A stretch of DNA of 64,000 bases from Escherichia coli (GTDB lineage Bacteria; Pseudomonadota; Gammaproteobacteria; Enterobacterales; Enterobacteriaceae), in the NCBI GenBank assembly GCA_902499925.1, contig GCA_902499925.1_4130.1; one strand, 5' to 3'. How positions within the stretch are numbered: position 1 is the stretch's first letter; the number at the start of each line of letters is the position of its first letter. Of this stretch, positions 51,018 to 59,890 are shown in pieces. The notes beneath the pieces are model-generated. The model was not told the DNA's origin. It ran no database searches and saw only the letters and a program-made list of their open reading frames with translations. The position numbers were made by a program, and so were the translations under genes.

Positions 51018-51337
51018 AAAATTATCTCAACTAAAATAAGAACGGTATTGAATTCGAGGCAACCTTTGATACCTTGATTGTACATGTACTTTGCTACTAC
51101 ATATTTCTGTACTAAATTATAATTATTAAATTCCTCAAAATTGTAATTTAGAATGAAATTTGTACTCAAAAATAACTTATGCATCTCTAATGCACTCTGA
51201 TAATATTTGTACAACTCACTGATATCAATACTTTGTAAATCACTTTGTTCATATGTATGATAAGGAATGGCGTCAATTTCAATATTATTAAACCATTCTC
51301 TTAACTTATTAATATCAAATGTATTATTCAGCTTCAT
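50996..51337 (-). CDS. hypothetical protein
   Basis: 113-aa ORF in array, no clear core. Confidence 0.4.
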   Translation of the reverse strand: MKLNNTFDINKLREWFNNIEIDAIPYHTYEQSDLQSIDISELYKYYQSALEMHKLFLSTNFILNYNFEEFNNYNLVQKYVVAKYMYNQGIKGCLEFNTVLILVEIILCTACLI

Positions 51338-51890
51338 AACTCAATACCTCCATTAAGCACTCATAAACACCATCAATCGCATAAGCACAAAAACTGAAAT
51401 TAATTTTGTTATTCTTGTGTAATGGACTATTGTATACTGTACTCATTATGACATTATAAAATAACAAACGCACTGGTACAAGCATTGAACCTTGGAAAAA
51501 TTCTTCCTCTGATTTATATGTATTGTACTCTATTGCTTTGTTCGTTTCTGTATCATATTTTACCATTACTAACGGGGCATTTTTATTATACCATGCGTAC
51601 TCTAAATCATTCTTTCCAATAACAGCACCAGGGGCAAAATCCAAAAGACTAATAACACTACGGGCATTTGGGGTATCAGGTGTATTGAATCGTTTATCAA
51701 AATGTCTCGTGCACGCAATATATGTATTGTACTTCGATGGAATAATACCAATACATTTGTGGATGTGACGCTTGTAATCTTTCTGTGCATTATATAAGGC
51801 TGCAACAATACAAGCTAACTTTTGTCCCATAAGGATTGCATTAGCGTAGGTGTACTGAATTTCATTGTACTCACTGTACGTCGATGTCAT
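51324..51890 (-). CDS. paralog family A member
   Basis: SEEEFFQGSML. Confidence 0.55.
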   Translation of the reverse strand: MTSTYSEYNEIQYTYANAILMGQKLACIVAALYNAQKDYKRHIHKCIGIIPSKYNTYIACTRHFDKRFNTPDTPNARSVISLLDFAPGAVIGKNDLEYAWYNKNAPLVMVKYDTETNKAIEYNTYKSEEEFFQGSMLVPVRLLFYNVIMSTVYNSPLHKNNKINFSFCAYAIDGVYECLMEVLSYEAE

Positions 51891-52182
51891 AATACGCTCC
51901 TACCTCATAATCTTTCTTGCTTTGGAATTCATTAACGACTTTCTGTATATTTCTTAATGTTACCATGTCATGTCCGTACATGTCAACCACCAATTGCATT
52001 TGGAAAAATTCTTCTTCAGATAATGTATTAAAATCTATAAAATAATCCGTAACAACCTGTGCGTCTAAATTTGCCATGTACCATTGATTGGTATCGACCT
52101 CTTTAACCAAATTCCATGCATCTGAATCGGATTCTAATTCTACATATATTAATGTTAATGTATAAAGCATTTTATACTTCAT
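51871..52182 (-). CDS. paralog family A member
   Basis: LSEEEFFQMQLV. Confidence 0.55.
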   Translation of the reverse strand: MKYKMLYTLTLIYVELESDSDAWNLVKEVDTNQWYMANLDAQVVTDYFIDFNTLSEEEFFQMQLVVDMYGHDMVTLRNIQKVVNEFQSKKDYEVGAYYDIDVQ

Positions 52183-52732
52183 AACTGTATCCTTGCATTA
52201 AAAGATCATAAGCAATATCAACTAATTCTAAACGAATGAAAAATTTTAAATTATCTTTCAATGGATTCAAATGCATTGTACTAAACAACATAAGATACTT
52301 CATTTGATTTGTATTGTATATTAGGGATGTCTGAAATACTTCTGCTTCATTGTAAGGATCAATGAATTTTATACCTTCTTCACTGTAATCCGTTTTGGAA
52401 TTCTGATATATAAAATAATCATCACCAGCATTATACCACAAATAACCTTCAAAACTAGAATCAAATTCTGAATTTTCATTTCGCATTAAAGGTGATACTG
52501 AAATTGGATTTGAACCAACTGTTGCACAAACCTCAAGGAAAGCATCTTCACTTCCCTTAACTTCCTCTTTGATTTTATCATTGTACTGACCTGCAAAACC
52601 AGCTTTTACTTCCAAATATAAACTACTACCAACTTTATTAATTCTTAAAAGGGAACTCTGTACTGTATTCGCATTATTCAGCACAAACACTATTGTGCAA
52701 ATCTTATGTACCAATAACTGAATATCATTCAT
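52172..52732 (-). CDS. paralog family A member
   Basis: EAEVFQTSLIY. Confidence 0.55.
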   Translation of the reverse strand: MNDIQLLVHKICTIVFVLNNANTVQSSLLRINKVGSSLYLEVKAGFAGQYNDKIKEEVKGSEDAFLEVCATVGSNPISVSPLMRNENSEFDSSFEGYLWYNAGDDYFIYQNSKTDYSEEGIKFIDPYNEAEVFQTSLIYNTNQMKYLMLFSTMHLNPLKDNLKFFIRLELVDIAYDLLMQGYSYEV

Positions 52733-52733
52733 A

Positions 52734-53063
52734 TTATACCCTTGTGCATTTAAGCACTGTAACTAAACCTTTTGCGTTCTTGAAATGCATTAACGATAAT
52801 GATGCATCAACGTATTGTAATGATACAATTACATCTTCTGATGTGTTCTTGAATAAAAATTCCTGTACTGAATTCTCACCAAAATAAATGTACTTTGTGG
52901 ACTCAATTTGCAAATACGGAATTTCTGTACTATGTAAAAAGATATCAATTTTATCATTGTTTTGTAATCTGCAATCAAATTGATATACTTCATAATCAGC
53001 GGCCTGTACTGTATTAGAGAACATTGATAAAATAAATGTTAGAGCTAAAATAATTTTATTCAT
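52734..53063 (-). CDS. small secreted/periplasmic protein candidate
   Basis: N-terminal signal-peptide-like MNKIILALTFILSMFSNTVQA followed by AD; 109 aa. Confidence 0.5.
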   Translation of the reverse strand: MNKIILALTFILSMFSNTVQAADYEVYQFDCRLQNNDKIDIFLHSTEIPYLQIESTKYIYFGENSVQEFLFKNTSEDVIVSLQYVDASLSLMHFKNAKGLVTVLKCTRV

Positions 53064-53396
53064 ATTGGTATTCCTTAATTTGGTGGATTTGGATGTAATA
53101 AATGATCTATATAATTTAAATGTTCTATTGTAACTAATGAAAGATAATAATTGTAATCATCAATACCACCCTTTAAATGTATATTGTAATACATCTTGAT
53201 ACTTACTAATAAAGAATCATTTAAATCATTTATTGCTTTTGTATTAACGTCTTTCATTAATGTTCTTCTCTTAAAAAACGCTTAATGGCACAATCTAAAT
53301 AAAAATCATAATACATCATATCTCGATTCTTAACCCATACACAATAATCTGCATTAATATTTCTTAATAATATATTCATATTATAATCTTCACTCC

Positions 53397-53786
53397 CTAA
53401 TCGTGCCATTTAATAGGATACTCCGTTCCATTTATTGTATAAGATATAATCCATCCGTAATGAATAGGACTATTCTTTTCTCCTTTAGGAATAAAATATA
53501 AAGATGTACTAGGATTATAACTGAATAAATCTTTATTGTCAAATGTAAAATGAGATAACGTTATCTTCCTTGAACTTGGACTAATAACATTCTTAACACC
53601 AAACACGGTATCTTGATATTTCTCTGAAAATTCAAACAATGCATCTGTAATTAAATCATTGAATTCTATACATAATGGTTTAAAAGAACCATCATTATCT
53701 TTGAATTCCTTATATAAAGAGCTTCTTGTATTCAAAAGAAATATTACTTTTTTAAGATCCTGAACTATTTCTGGATTCATATTCAT
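53397..53786 (-). CDS. hypothetical protein
   Basis: 129-aa ORF. Confidence 0.45.
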   Translation of the reverse strand: MNMNPEIVQDLKKVIFLLNTRSSLYKEFKDNDGSFKPLCIEFNDLITDALFEFSEKYQDTVFGVKNVISPSSRKITLSHFTFDNKDLFSYNPSTSLYFIPKGEKNSPIHYGWIISYTINGTEYPIKWHD

Positions 53787-54003
53787 TTATCTCATCCTGT
53801 AACTTAAGCATCAAAATTTGCATATTAATTTTTTGTACAAGGTGATTGAGAAATTTCTGTACTGTATCTTCTTGTTCTTTTGACCCAAGATAAAATAACA
53901 TATTAAATTCCGATAACCTCAGAGCAAAATCGTCATCTCCCCCTTGTAAACAAAAATCCCTGTACTTTGATGCATACAAATAACGGTTTATTTTTTTGTA
54001 CAT
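53752..54003 (-). CDS. paralog family B-like (dispersed copy)
   Basis: LGSKEQEDTVQKFLNHL. Confidence 0.45.
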   Translation of the reverse strand: MYKKINRYLYASKYRDFCLQGGDDDFALRLSEFNMLFYLGSKEQEDTVQKFLNHLVQKINMQILMLKLQDEINEYESRNSSGS

Positions 54004-54031
54004 TTATATTGCATCTCCTTTAGGTATATTC

Positions 54032-54343
54032 TTATATGTCAATTTCAATGATCCTCCCTGACATACCTTGTATTAGCTTATCATACATATCGAGCATCAC
54101 TTTTTGAATACTAATTAATACTGGCATCGTGCAAATATCAATGTCGTATATTAAGCTGTACTGGAATAATTCCTCTTCCTGCATTTGTACTAAATTAGGT
54201 AAAAGATAATTGTCTGCCTCTTCATCCTGGTACTTGAAATGCATAACGCCATCCTTTTTGTACAAAAGAATGTCAATATCACCTAACTCTTCTGCATAAC
54301 CAAAAATACATATACTCGATGTTTTTGCTATATTAAATTTCAT
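54032..54343 (-). CDS. paralog family A member
   Basis: EEELFQYSLIY. Confidence 0.55.
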   Translation of the reverse strand: MKFNIAKTSSICIFGYAEELGDIDILLYKKDGVMHFKYQDEEADNYLLPNLVQMQEEELFQYSLIYDIDICTMPVLISIQKVMLDMYDKLIQGMSGRIIEIDI

Positions 54344-54352
54344 ATTCTTCTC

Positions 54353-54703
54353 TTATATGTGGAATTCACATACGTGTTGAACAAAATTCTTTGGAAGATG
54401 ACAATGTGTAATCATCTGCTTTTGTACTTCCTTCATATCTTCGAATGTAAATCCTAAAGAATCATCATGTACTAACAAGTACTGAAACTCTTCTTCTTCA
54501 GAGATAGAACATAAATTCGGTACTGAAATTGTTTTTGTTTTTCTTGCACCTAATTTCCAATGAAAAGAATTATTGCATTTTCTGTACTCAAATATCTTCA
54601 ACCCAGAACCTGTATTAAAATCAGCTACTACAATGTAACATGAATTCTTACGTACAATACAATTGAACTTACGCATTATCTCCACCTCTCTCCGTCTGTA
54701 CAA
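54353..54703 (-). CDS. paralog family A member
   Basis: SISEEEEFQYLLV. Confidence 0.55.
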   Translation of the reverse strand: MYRRREVEIMRKFNCIVRKNSCYIVVADFNTGSGLKIFEYRKCNNSFHWKLGARKTKTISVPNLCSISEEEEFQYLLVHDDSLGFTFEDMKEVQKQMITHCHLPKNFVQHVCEFHI

Positions 54704-54921
54704 GAGTACTGGTACGTTGTCGTTAGGGTAGGAACCATGTTTGTAATGGGCATATTGTTAACAATAACCGTAACAGGCATAAGAATCGTCTCTTCTCTAC
54801 TCTGTCCTGTCCTTGTGCAATTCATCTTCTGCATTTCATCTGAATCCATGAAATACAATACAAATGGTGCAATCCCAAGAACAATACACAAGACGATAAG
54901 GAAATTTAAAAAATTTAACAT
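54676..54921 (-). CDS. small membrane protein
   Basis: 81 aa, hydrophobic N-terminal helix MLNFLNFLIVLCIVLGIAPFVLYF. Confidence 0.4.
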   Translation of the reverse strand: MLNFLNFLIVLCIVLGIAPFVLYFMDSDEMQKMNCTRTGQSREETILMPVTVIVNNMPITNMVPTLTTTYQYSCTDGERWR

Positions 54922-54990
54922 AATTTTTACCCTCTATTTGAACGCTCAAAAAGTACAGGTACTATAGCACTAAAGAAAAGTACTGTCAAG

Positions 54991-55356
54991 CTAGTATTGC
55001 ACTGTTCTAATGAAAGTACCTGAACTCATGGATTTAAGCTTATGAACCTCTTCCTGTATACCCTTGAGCAACTCTAAAGGCATTGGTACATCATGTACTA
55101 AGCTGTACTGAAAGTATTCTTCTTCAGATAAAGTACTAACATCTGGGACGCCAATTTTAGTTAGATAATCTTGATGTGTTGACCAATAAATTATATCTTC
55201 AGTACAATTGTACTCCCCATATACTGAACAATATTGATGAATATCTTTCCTGTACCCTTGAGCAATAAAGAACTTATCTACGGCATTAATAGAACTCACT
55301 TCGATTGTTACAGTACTTGAGCTTGTTTTTCCTTTATTATGCATATTAATCCCCAA
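54991..55356 (-). CDS. paralog family A member
   Basis: STLSEEEYFQYSLV. Confidence 0.55.
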   Translation of the reverse strand: MGINMHNKGKTSSSTVTIEVSSINAVDKFFIAQGYRKDIHQYCSVYGEYNCTEDIIYWSTHQDYLTKIGVPDVSTLSEEEYFQYSLVHDVPMPLELLKGIQEEVHKLKSMSSGTFIRTVQY

Positions 55357-55532
55357 ATTAGATATCGAACACTATCAGCTTGATAGTTAGTTCCTACTGT
55401 GTGTTTTAATATTAACTCATCTTTCAGTACTGAACATTCTGCATTAGATATAGGAAGTGAATTAATTCTTTGAATTTCTGGTCGCAACATACCGCGAATC
55501 TTGCGATAATCTTCGTATGATAATCTTTTCAT
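55308..55532 (-). CDS. paralog family B member (dispersed copy)
   Basis: VGTNYQADSVRYLIWGL. Confidence 0.5.
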   Translation of the reverse strand: MKRLSYEDYRKIRGMLRPEIQRINSLPISNAECSVLKDELILKHTVGTNYQADSVRYLIWGLICIIKEKQAQVL

Positions 55533-55535
55533 GGT

Positions 55536-55880
55536 TTAATACTCAATAATGTGTTCTTCATAATCACCATTAGGCTCCTGTTTAGCTTCTTTCATTAGTA
55601 CTATCATCTTATGTACTAATGGCATAGGAAACTCTAAATCCCATACTAATGATTCCTGAAAGTATTCCTCTGGTGATAAAGTACTTAAATCTTTAATATC
55701 AACGTGCTTGTATATTTTATTTTCGTAATTAACAAATGATATATATAAATCATTAATATAAGAATCATACGTAATTGTGAATGGCTTACCCTTGTAGTCC
55801 ATTACATCTCTACATAGACTACTTTTGATATATATATGTTCATAGGATTTATATACCTTGAGTTGTATATTAGTTTTCAT
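55536..55880 (-). CDS. paralog family A member
   Basis: STLSPEEYFQESLVW. Confidence 0.55.
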   Translation of the reverse strand: MKTNIQLKVYKSYEHIYIKSSLCRDVMDYKGKPFTITYDSYINDLYISFVNYENKIYKHVDIKDLSTLSPEEYFQESLVWDLEFPMPLVHKMIVLMKEAKQEPNGDYEEHIIEY

Positions 55881-56121
55881 ATTTCTCTTTATTAGCTTGT
55901 TTGGTTTTATAGTGAATTAAATCTATTAATGTAATCAAGTACAACTTCAAAAAGTACTCTTGATGGTTCGTACCTAATGATACAAAGAACTTATGCTCAT
56001 AAATCAAAACCTGTTTCACTTCAAAGGGACACTTAATCCTCTGTATAGGTTTAAGTAAATGATAGTACTTATTAAATCTATGATACATTTCTAGTTCTGT
56101 CAGTACTTTCATATTAAACAA
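55870..56121 (-). CDS. paralog family B member
   Basis: LGTNHQEYFLKLYL. Confidence 0.55.
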   Translation of the reverse strand: MFNMKVLTELEMYHRFNKYYHLLKPIQRIKCPFEVKQVLIYEHKFFVSLGTNHQEYFLKLYLITLIDLIHYKTKQANKEKYEN

Positions 56122-56335
56122 TCACTCCATTAGCTGTAGCATCACGTAAAGCTCTCAAATACTTCTGTACTGCTTGCTCTTGCTTATTTGTACCTAAAAG
56201 TATATACATCCATAATTCACTGTAATGTACATCTTGTGTATAAGGGTTGTTGTAACTTTTTGATAATATAGCATCAAATTCAGATGCATGAACCCTTGTG
56301 AACTTAAGAATATCTTGTTGTGTTATGATTCTCAT
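56114..56335 (-). CDS. paralog family B member
   Basis: LGTNKQEQAVQKYL. Confidence 0.55.
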   Translation of the reverse strand: MRIITQQDILKFTRVHASEFDAILSKSYNNPYTQDVHYSELWMYILLGTNKQEQAVQKYLRALRDATANGVIV

Positions 56336-56547
56336 ATCTTTTCCTGTACTATCTGTATAAGAATCCCTATGTGTGAATTAACAGTTCTCTCTTGATGCTG
56401 TGTTCCTAAGAGTGTCAGTACTATCATCTCTGAACGCAAAAGATTTTTCTGAAGTTCACTTATATCAGTCCTCATATCAAGATTCAGAAATTCTTGACTA
56501 TTTTTTCTGAATAGTGCCAAGTACTCTTGATTTGATATTTCCTTCAT
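56332..56547 (-). CDS. paralog family B member
   Basis: LGTQHQERTVNSHI. Confidence 0.55.
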   Translation of the reverse strand: MKEISNQEYLALFRKNSQEFLNLDMRTDISELQKNLLRSEMIVLTLLGTQHQERTVNSHIGILIQIVQEKI

Positions 56548-56774
56548 AGTTTATCCCTGATGCCATTTAAAAGTGCTCTAATATGCTCCTGTACGAATTT
56601 GTACTGACTGTCTGTTCCTAGAGTGAGTAGCAATCTTAAATCTGAACTTTTGATGTGATATTCTAAATCATTATTTGATTCTTGCATCAGTTTCTTAAAG
56701 GATGAGAAGTTTGCAGCCATTAGTTCAATGTATTCTGCTGTTCCTAGTGGTTTGTGTATTGGCTGTTTGTGCAT
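56544..56774 (-). CDS. paralog family B member
   Basis: LGTDSQYKFVQEHI. Confidence 0.55.
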   Translation of the reverse strand: MHKQPIHKPLGTAEYIELMAANFSSFKKLMQESNNDLEYHIKSSDLRLLLTLGTDSQYKFVQEHIRALLNGIRDKL

Positions 56775-56986
56775 TTTAATTTTATTACCCTTTTGAGTGT
56801 ATTAATGTAATTATACACATTGGCTTCTTGATAGTTAGTTCCCAGTGTAGCTTGAACATAGATTTCATTTAACTTAATAATTTTATCAGTATCTGGTAGT
56901 TTTGATGTGTTAATGGCAAATAACTTCAAAAACAGTCCATTTAAGATTGTTAGGTATTCTTCGTCGGTAATGATTCGCATTTGCAT
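56744..56986 (-). CDS. paralog family B member
   Basis: LGTNYQEANVYNYI. Confidence 0.6.
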   Translation of the reverse strand: MQMRIITDEEYLTILNGLFLKLFAINTSKLPDTDKIIKLNEIYVQATLGTNYQEANVYNYINTLKRVIKLKCTNSQYTNH

Positions 56987-57192
56987 TGGATAAACCTTTT
57001 TAGTTCTTTGATGTAATCATTAATATTGCATTCTTGATAGTTAGTCCCTAGGGTAGCTTGAACATAGATTTCACTCATTAGAATATTTTTTTCTTCATCA
57101 GGTAAATCTGTGGTCTTTGCTATATACAATTTTAGAATTAAACTACTTAATAGTTCGTGGTATTCACTTGGTGAAAGGATTTTCATTTGCAT
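56950..57192 (-). CDS. paralog family B member
   Basis: LGTNYQECNINDYI; near-duplicate of 56744..56986 at DNA level. Confidence 0.6.
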   Translation of the reverse strand: MQMKILSPSEYHELLSSLILKLYIAKTTDLPDEEKNILMSEIYVQATLGTNYQECNINDYIKELKRFIQCKCESLPTKNT

Positions 57193-57398
57193 GTTCTCAG
57201 TACAGATTCTTTAAGTTCATCGATGTAGTCCTCAACGAATTGCTCTTGGAAGTTAGTTCCAATATATAAAAGAACTCTTAAATCTGCTCTAAGTAACTCT
57301 TTTTCATCATCATCTATATCAGACAATGTTATGTTTAAGAATTTACTTGTATTAAAGATTAACAATTCTGTTTGTTCACTGTGGCTTAAAATTTTCAT
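57183..57398 (-). CDS. paralog family B member
   Basis: IGTNFQEQFVEDYI. Confidence 0.55.
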   Translation of the reverse strand: MKILSHSEQTELLIFNTSKFLNITLSDIDDDEKELLRADLRVLLYIGTNFQEQFVEDYIDELKESVLRTCK

Positions 57399-57606
57399 AA
57401 TCTCTTTTTGCTTTCCTCGACAGTAGGTACAAATACGATTCTTCGTATTGTGCTTGGAAGTTTGTGTTTAAGAGTCGAAACAACTTCTGTTCTTCTAGAA
57501 CGAGTTGCTTATCTTCATAACAACGGTAGCGTATCAACTTTTTGTATTCGATGTTGATTACATCCATTACTATAAGCCCATGTTCATCATCTGTCAAGTG
57601 CTTCAT
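57376..57606 (-). CDS. paralog family B member
   Basis: LNTNFQAQYEESYL. Confidence 0.5.
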   Translation of the reverse strand: MKHLTDDEHGLIVMDVINIEYKKLIRYRCYEDKQLVLEEQKLFRLLNTNFQAQYEESYLYLLSRKAKRDYENFKPQ

Positions 57607-57845
57607 GCTTTTTTTCTTTTCCTGATGTGTTTAGTTAAAAGGTATATTAGTTTTCTGATGTATTCTTCCTGATAGTTTGTTCCTAATAGTGCAAGAAGTT
57701 TTGCTTCAACTAAAGCTAATTGACGTTCTTCAAATGTGTGTTCCAGTATGTACTTTGGGTTTGATTTTTTAGAAATTGCACTATTAGTTTTCATTACAAT
57801 CTTATGATATTCATTAACTGTTAGGATTTTTAAATTCTTGAGCAT
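57603..57845 (-). CDS. paralog family B member
   Basis: LGTNYQEEYIRKLI. Confidence 0.55.
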   Translation of the reverse strand: MLKNLKILTVNEYHKIVMKTNSAISKKSNPKYILEHTFEERQLALVEAKLLALLGTNYQEEYIRKLIYLLTKHIRKRKKA

Positions 57846-58071
57846 GTACCTTTTCCTTTATAGAGAATTTAAGATATCGAAGCATACTTTCAATGTAATA
57901 CTCTTGTCTGTCAGTTCCAAGAAAGTACAGGAGTTGAATGTATAAAACTTCTGCACTCCTTTCGGCATGTGACTTGTTTGTGTCGTTTGGAAGTTGATTT
58001 GTAAGTTTTCTGGATTTAATTAATCGTTCTTTTAACTCATCGTCTGTTAAGTATTTCATTTGCATTTGCAT
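57814..58071 (-). CDS. paralog family B member
   Basis: LGTDRQEYYIESML. Confidence 0.55.
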   Translation of the reverse strand: MQMQMKYLTDDELKERLIKSRKLTNQLPNDTNKSHAERSAEVLYIQLLYFLGTDRQEYYIESMLRYLKFSIKEKVHAQEFKNPNS

Positions 58072-58297
58072 TTACTTTTTCCTTAATAGTGATTTTAAGA
58101 TATCTAATCATACGTGCAACATATTCCTCTTGTCTATCAGTTCCCAGAAGATATGGTAGTGATTGGAATAATACTTCTGCACTCCTTTCTGCTGGGGTTT
58201 GGTTTAGGTCAATTGGACGTTTATTGGTATATCTCTTGGCACGAACTAATCTCTCGACGTATTCATTATAGGTTAAGTATATCATTTCATTTTGCAT
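58037..58297 (-). CDS. paralog family B member
   Basis: LGTDRQEEYVARMI; twin of 57814..58071. Confidence 0.55.
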   Translation of the reverse strand: MQNEMIYLTYNEYVERLVRAKRYTNKRPIDLNQTPAERSAEVLFQSLPYLLGTDRQEEYVARMIRYLKITIKEKVNANANEILNRR

Positions 58298-58533
58298 TTA
58301 ATGTTTCTTACGTAAATTGTCTGGATTAAACAATCAATCCAAGTTTGAATATATTGGTTTTGATACTGTGTGCCTAAGAGACTCTGCATTTTAAACTCTG
58401 CTTCAAGTTCATATCTCTTTTCTATAGAAAAGCTCAAATGACCATATTCTTTATCGTATCTTCTCAGTGCTTCCCCAATTCTATCAAATCTTTCTGCTAA
58501 TCTGATGTTATTCACAATATTCATCGCATTCAT
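58282..58533 (-). CDS. paralog family B member
   Basis: LGTQYQNQYIQTWI. Confidence 0.55.
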   Translation of the reverse strand: MNAMNIVNNIRLAERFDRIGEALRRYDKEYGHLSFSIEKRYELEAEFKMQSLLGTQYQNQYIQTWIDCLIQTIYVRNIKCKMK

Positions 58534-58808
58534 CGATCAGTACACCTCAGTGGTTGGGTCATTTGATGAAAGTACAGCTTACCTCTGATTTCCAGTAGTA
58601 ACTCCGCGATTAAGCGATTTACTTCTGTATCTTGATAGTTTGTTCCTAAGAATACACCCATCTTTAACTCACGCATCATAATCATTTTCTTACTGTGTTG
58701 AATTTCTGGGTTGTGATAGATTGTATTACGTTTGTGCGTAATTTTTGTCATACGCTCGGTATATTCATCTTTACTTAAATTAATCATTTTTATTCTCCAA
58801 AGCATCAC
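58530..58808 (-). CDS. paralog family B member
   Basis: LGTNYQDTEVNRLI. Confidence 0.55.
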   Translation of the reverse strand: MMLWRIKMINLSKDEYTERMTKITHKRNTIYHNPEIQHSKKMIMMRELKMGVFLGTNYQDTEVNRLIAELLLEIRGKLYFHQMTQPLRCTDR

Positions 58809-59019
58809 ATTTATTTTCGATACAAATCATTAGTTCTCTAAGATAGTTTTTTATCTTACCTTCCTGATGGTTCGTCCCCAGGAAGTTGCATAACTCTGCT
58901 TCTATTATTTTGATTCTTCTGGTGTCAGGTTTCAATTTTTTGTTATTGAAGATTTGAATCCTTATATCCCTTGATGCATTTAAACGTTTTTGATATTCAT
59001 GGAAAGATAAATTAATCAT
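58780..59019 (-). CDS. paralog family B member
   Basis: LGTNHQEGKIKNYL. Confidence 0.55.
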   Translation of the reverse strand: MINLSFHEYQKRLNASRDIRIQIFNNKKLKPDTRRIKIIEAELCNFLGTNHQEGKIKNYLRELMICIENKCDALENKND

Positions 59020-59234
59020 TTACTTTGTATCTCTCTCTTGAGGGCATCAATTAACAACAGTACAGCATTCTCTTGATAGTTTGTTCCTAAGACTGAAAGC
59101 ATCTTAATCTCATTTACTACAATCAACTTCTTTGAGCGTTCAATAATGTTACTATTATAAACGGCGTTACGTGCTGGATAAGTTTTTGCAAGACGAACAT
59201 AATATTCATCTTTACTTAAATTAATCATTTGCAT
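59016..59234 (-). CDS. paralog family B member
   Basis: LGTNYQENAVLLLI. Confidence 0.55.
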   Translation of the reverse strand: MQMINLSKDEYYVRLAKTYPARNAVYNSNIIERSKKLIVVNEIKMLSVLGTNYQENAVLLLIDALKREIQSK

Positions 59235-59443
59235 TTACTTTGGATCTCCTTGACTAATGCATCAACCCACATGTCTATATACATTTGTTGATAGTTTGTC
59301 CCTATGAGTGCCCCTGCATAGAGTTCAGCTACCATTGCATGTTTTAGGTTGGCAGGGATGCTCTTATCAGATTGAATCTTTACTCTTCTGTTGGCACATG
59401 TTTTCAGAAGCTTAACATATTCGTAACCTATTAATTTTCTCAT
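59225..59443 (-). CDS. paralog family B member
   Basis: IGTNYQQMYIDMWV. Confidence 0.55.
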   Translation of the reverse strand: MRKLIGYEYVKLLKTCANRRVKIQSDKSIPANLKHAMVAELYAGALIGTNYQQMYIDMWVDALVKEIQSKCK

Positions 59444-59655
59444 TCTTTTGATATCACCTTGTTACGTAAGGCACTTAACAATACGTCAGTGTAGATGTTT
59501 TGATAGTTTGTTCCTACGAATACACCCAACTTCATTTCAGCTATTATAACACATTTGTCCTCTTGTGCAATAGACTTGTCTAAAGAAATACTAACAACTT
59601 TCCTTCTTATAGCTTGTAACCTCCAATGATACTGATACTCATTTAGGGTTATCAT
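59440..59655 (-). CDS. paralog family B member
   Basis: VGTNYQNIYTDVLL. Confidence 0.55.
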   Translation of the reverse strand: MITLNEYQYHWRLQAIRRKVVSISLDKSIAQEDKCVIIAEMKLGVFVGTNYQNIYTDVLLSALRNKVISKE

Positions 59656-59890
59656 TCTCTCGCCTCCATTTCTCGGTTCTAATGTGTTGACATTGTGCTT
59701 CGATGAACATATCTATTGATTTGGCAATTGCTTTTTTATCTGTGCCTGTCATCAGTACAAGCATCTCGGCCTCACAGTGAAGTAAACGCATGATATCATA
59801 GGGTAATATTCCAGATACCGTGTCATAGTGTTTCTGTGCCAGTGTCTGTAATAGTTTACAATACATTTTGTGATTTAGTCTGTGTCGCAT
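59639..59890 (-). CDS. paralog family B-like (divergent)
   Basis: TGTDKKAIAKSIDMFI. Confidence 0.45.
   Translation of the reverse strand: MRHRLNHKMYCKLLQTLAQKHYDTVSGILPYDIMRLLHCEAEMLVLMTGTDKKAIAKSIDMFIEAQCQHIRTEKWRRENDNPK

Noticed and set aside
3299-51808. Nested minus-strand ORFs in alternative frames (3299..3508, 3731..3922, 6482..6679, 12067..12321, 12349..12552, 15307..15528, 20562..20771, 26106..26324, 37660..37881, 37965..38231, 41441..41626, 43890..44135, 44282..44464, 49098..49292, 51602..51808)
   Set aside because: Fully contained within larger same-strand genes that have motif or paralogy support; no independent evidence.
27323-55880. Family A core (E-x-x-[FY]-F-Q-x-S) as a 3C/TEV-type protease cleavage site
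   Set aside because: Superficial resemblance to ENLYFQ/S-type sites, but the residue after Gln is variable and Ser/Thr is at +2, no chymotrypsin-like protease is evident in the window, and the motif is always embedded in a conserved fold-like context; more likely a structural core.
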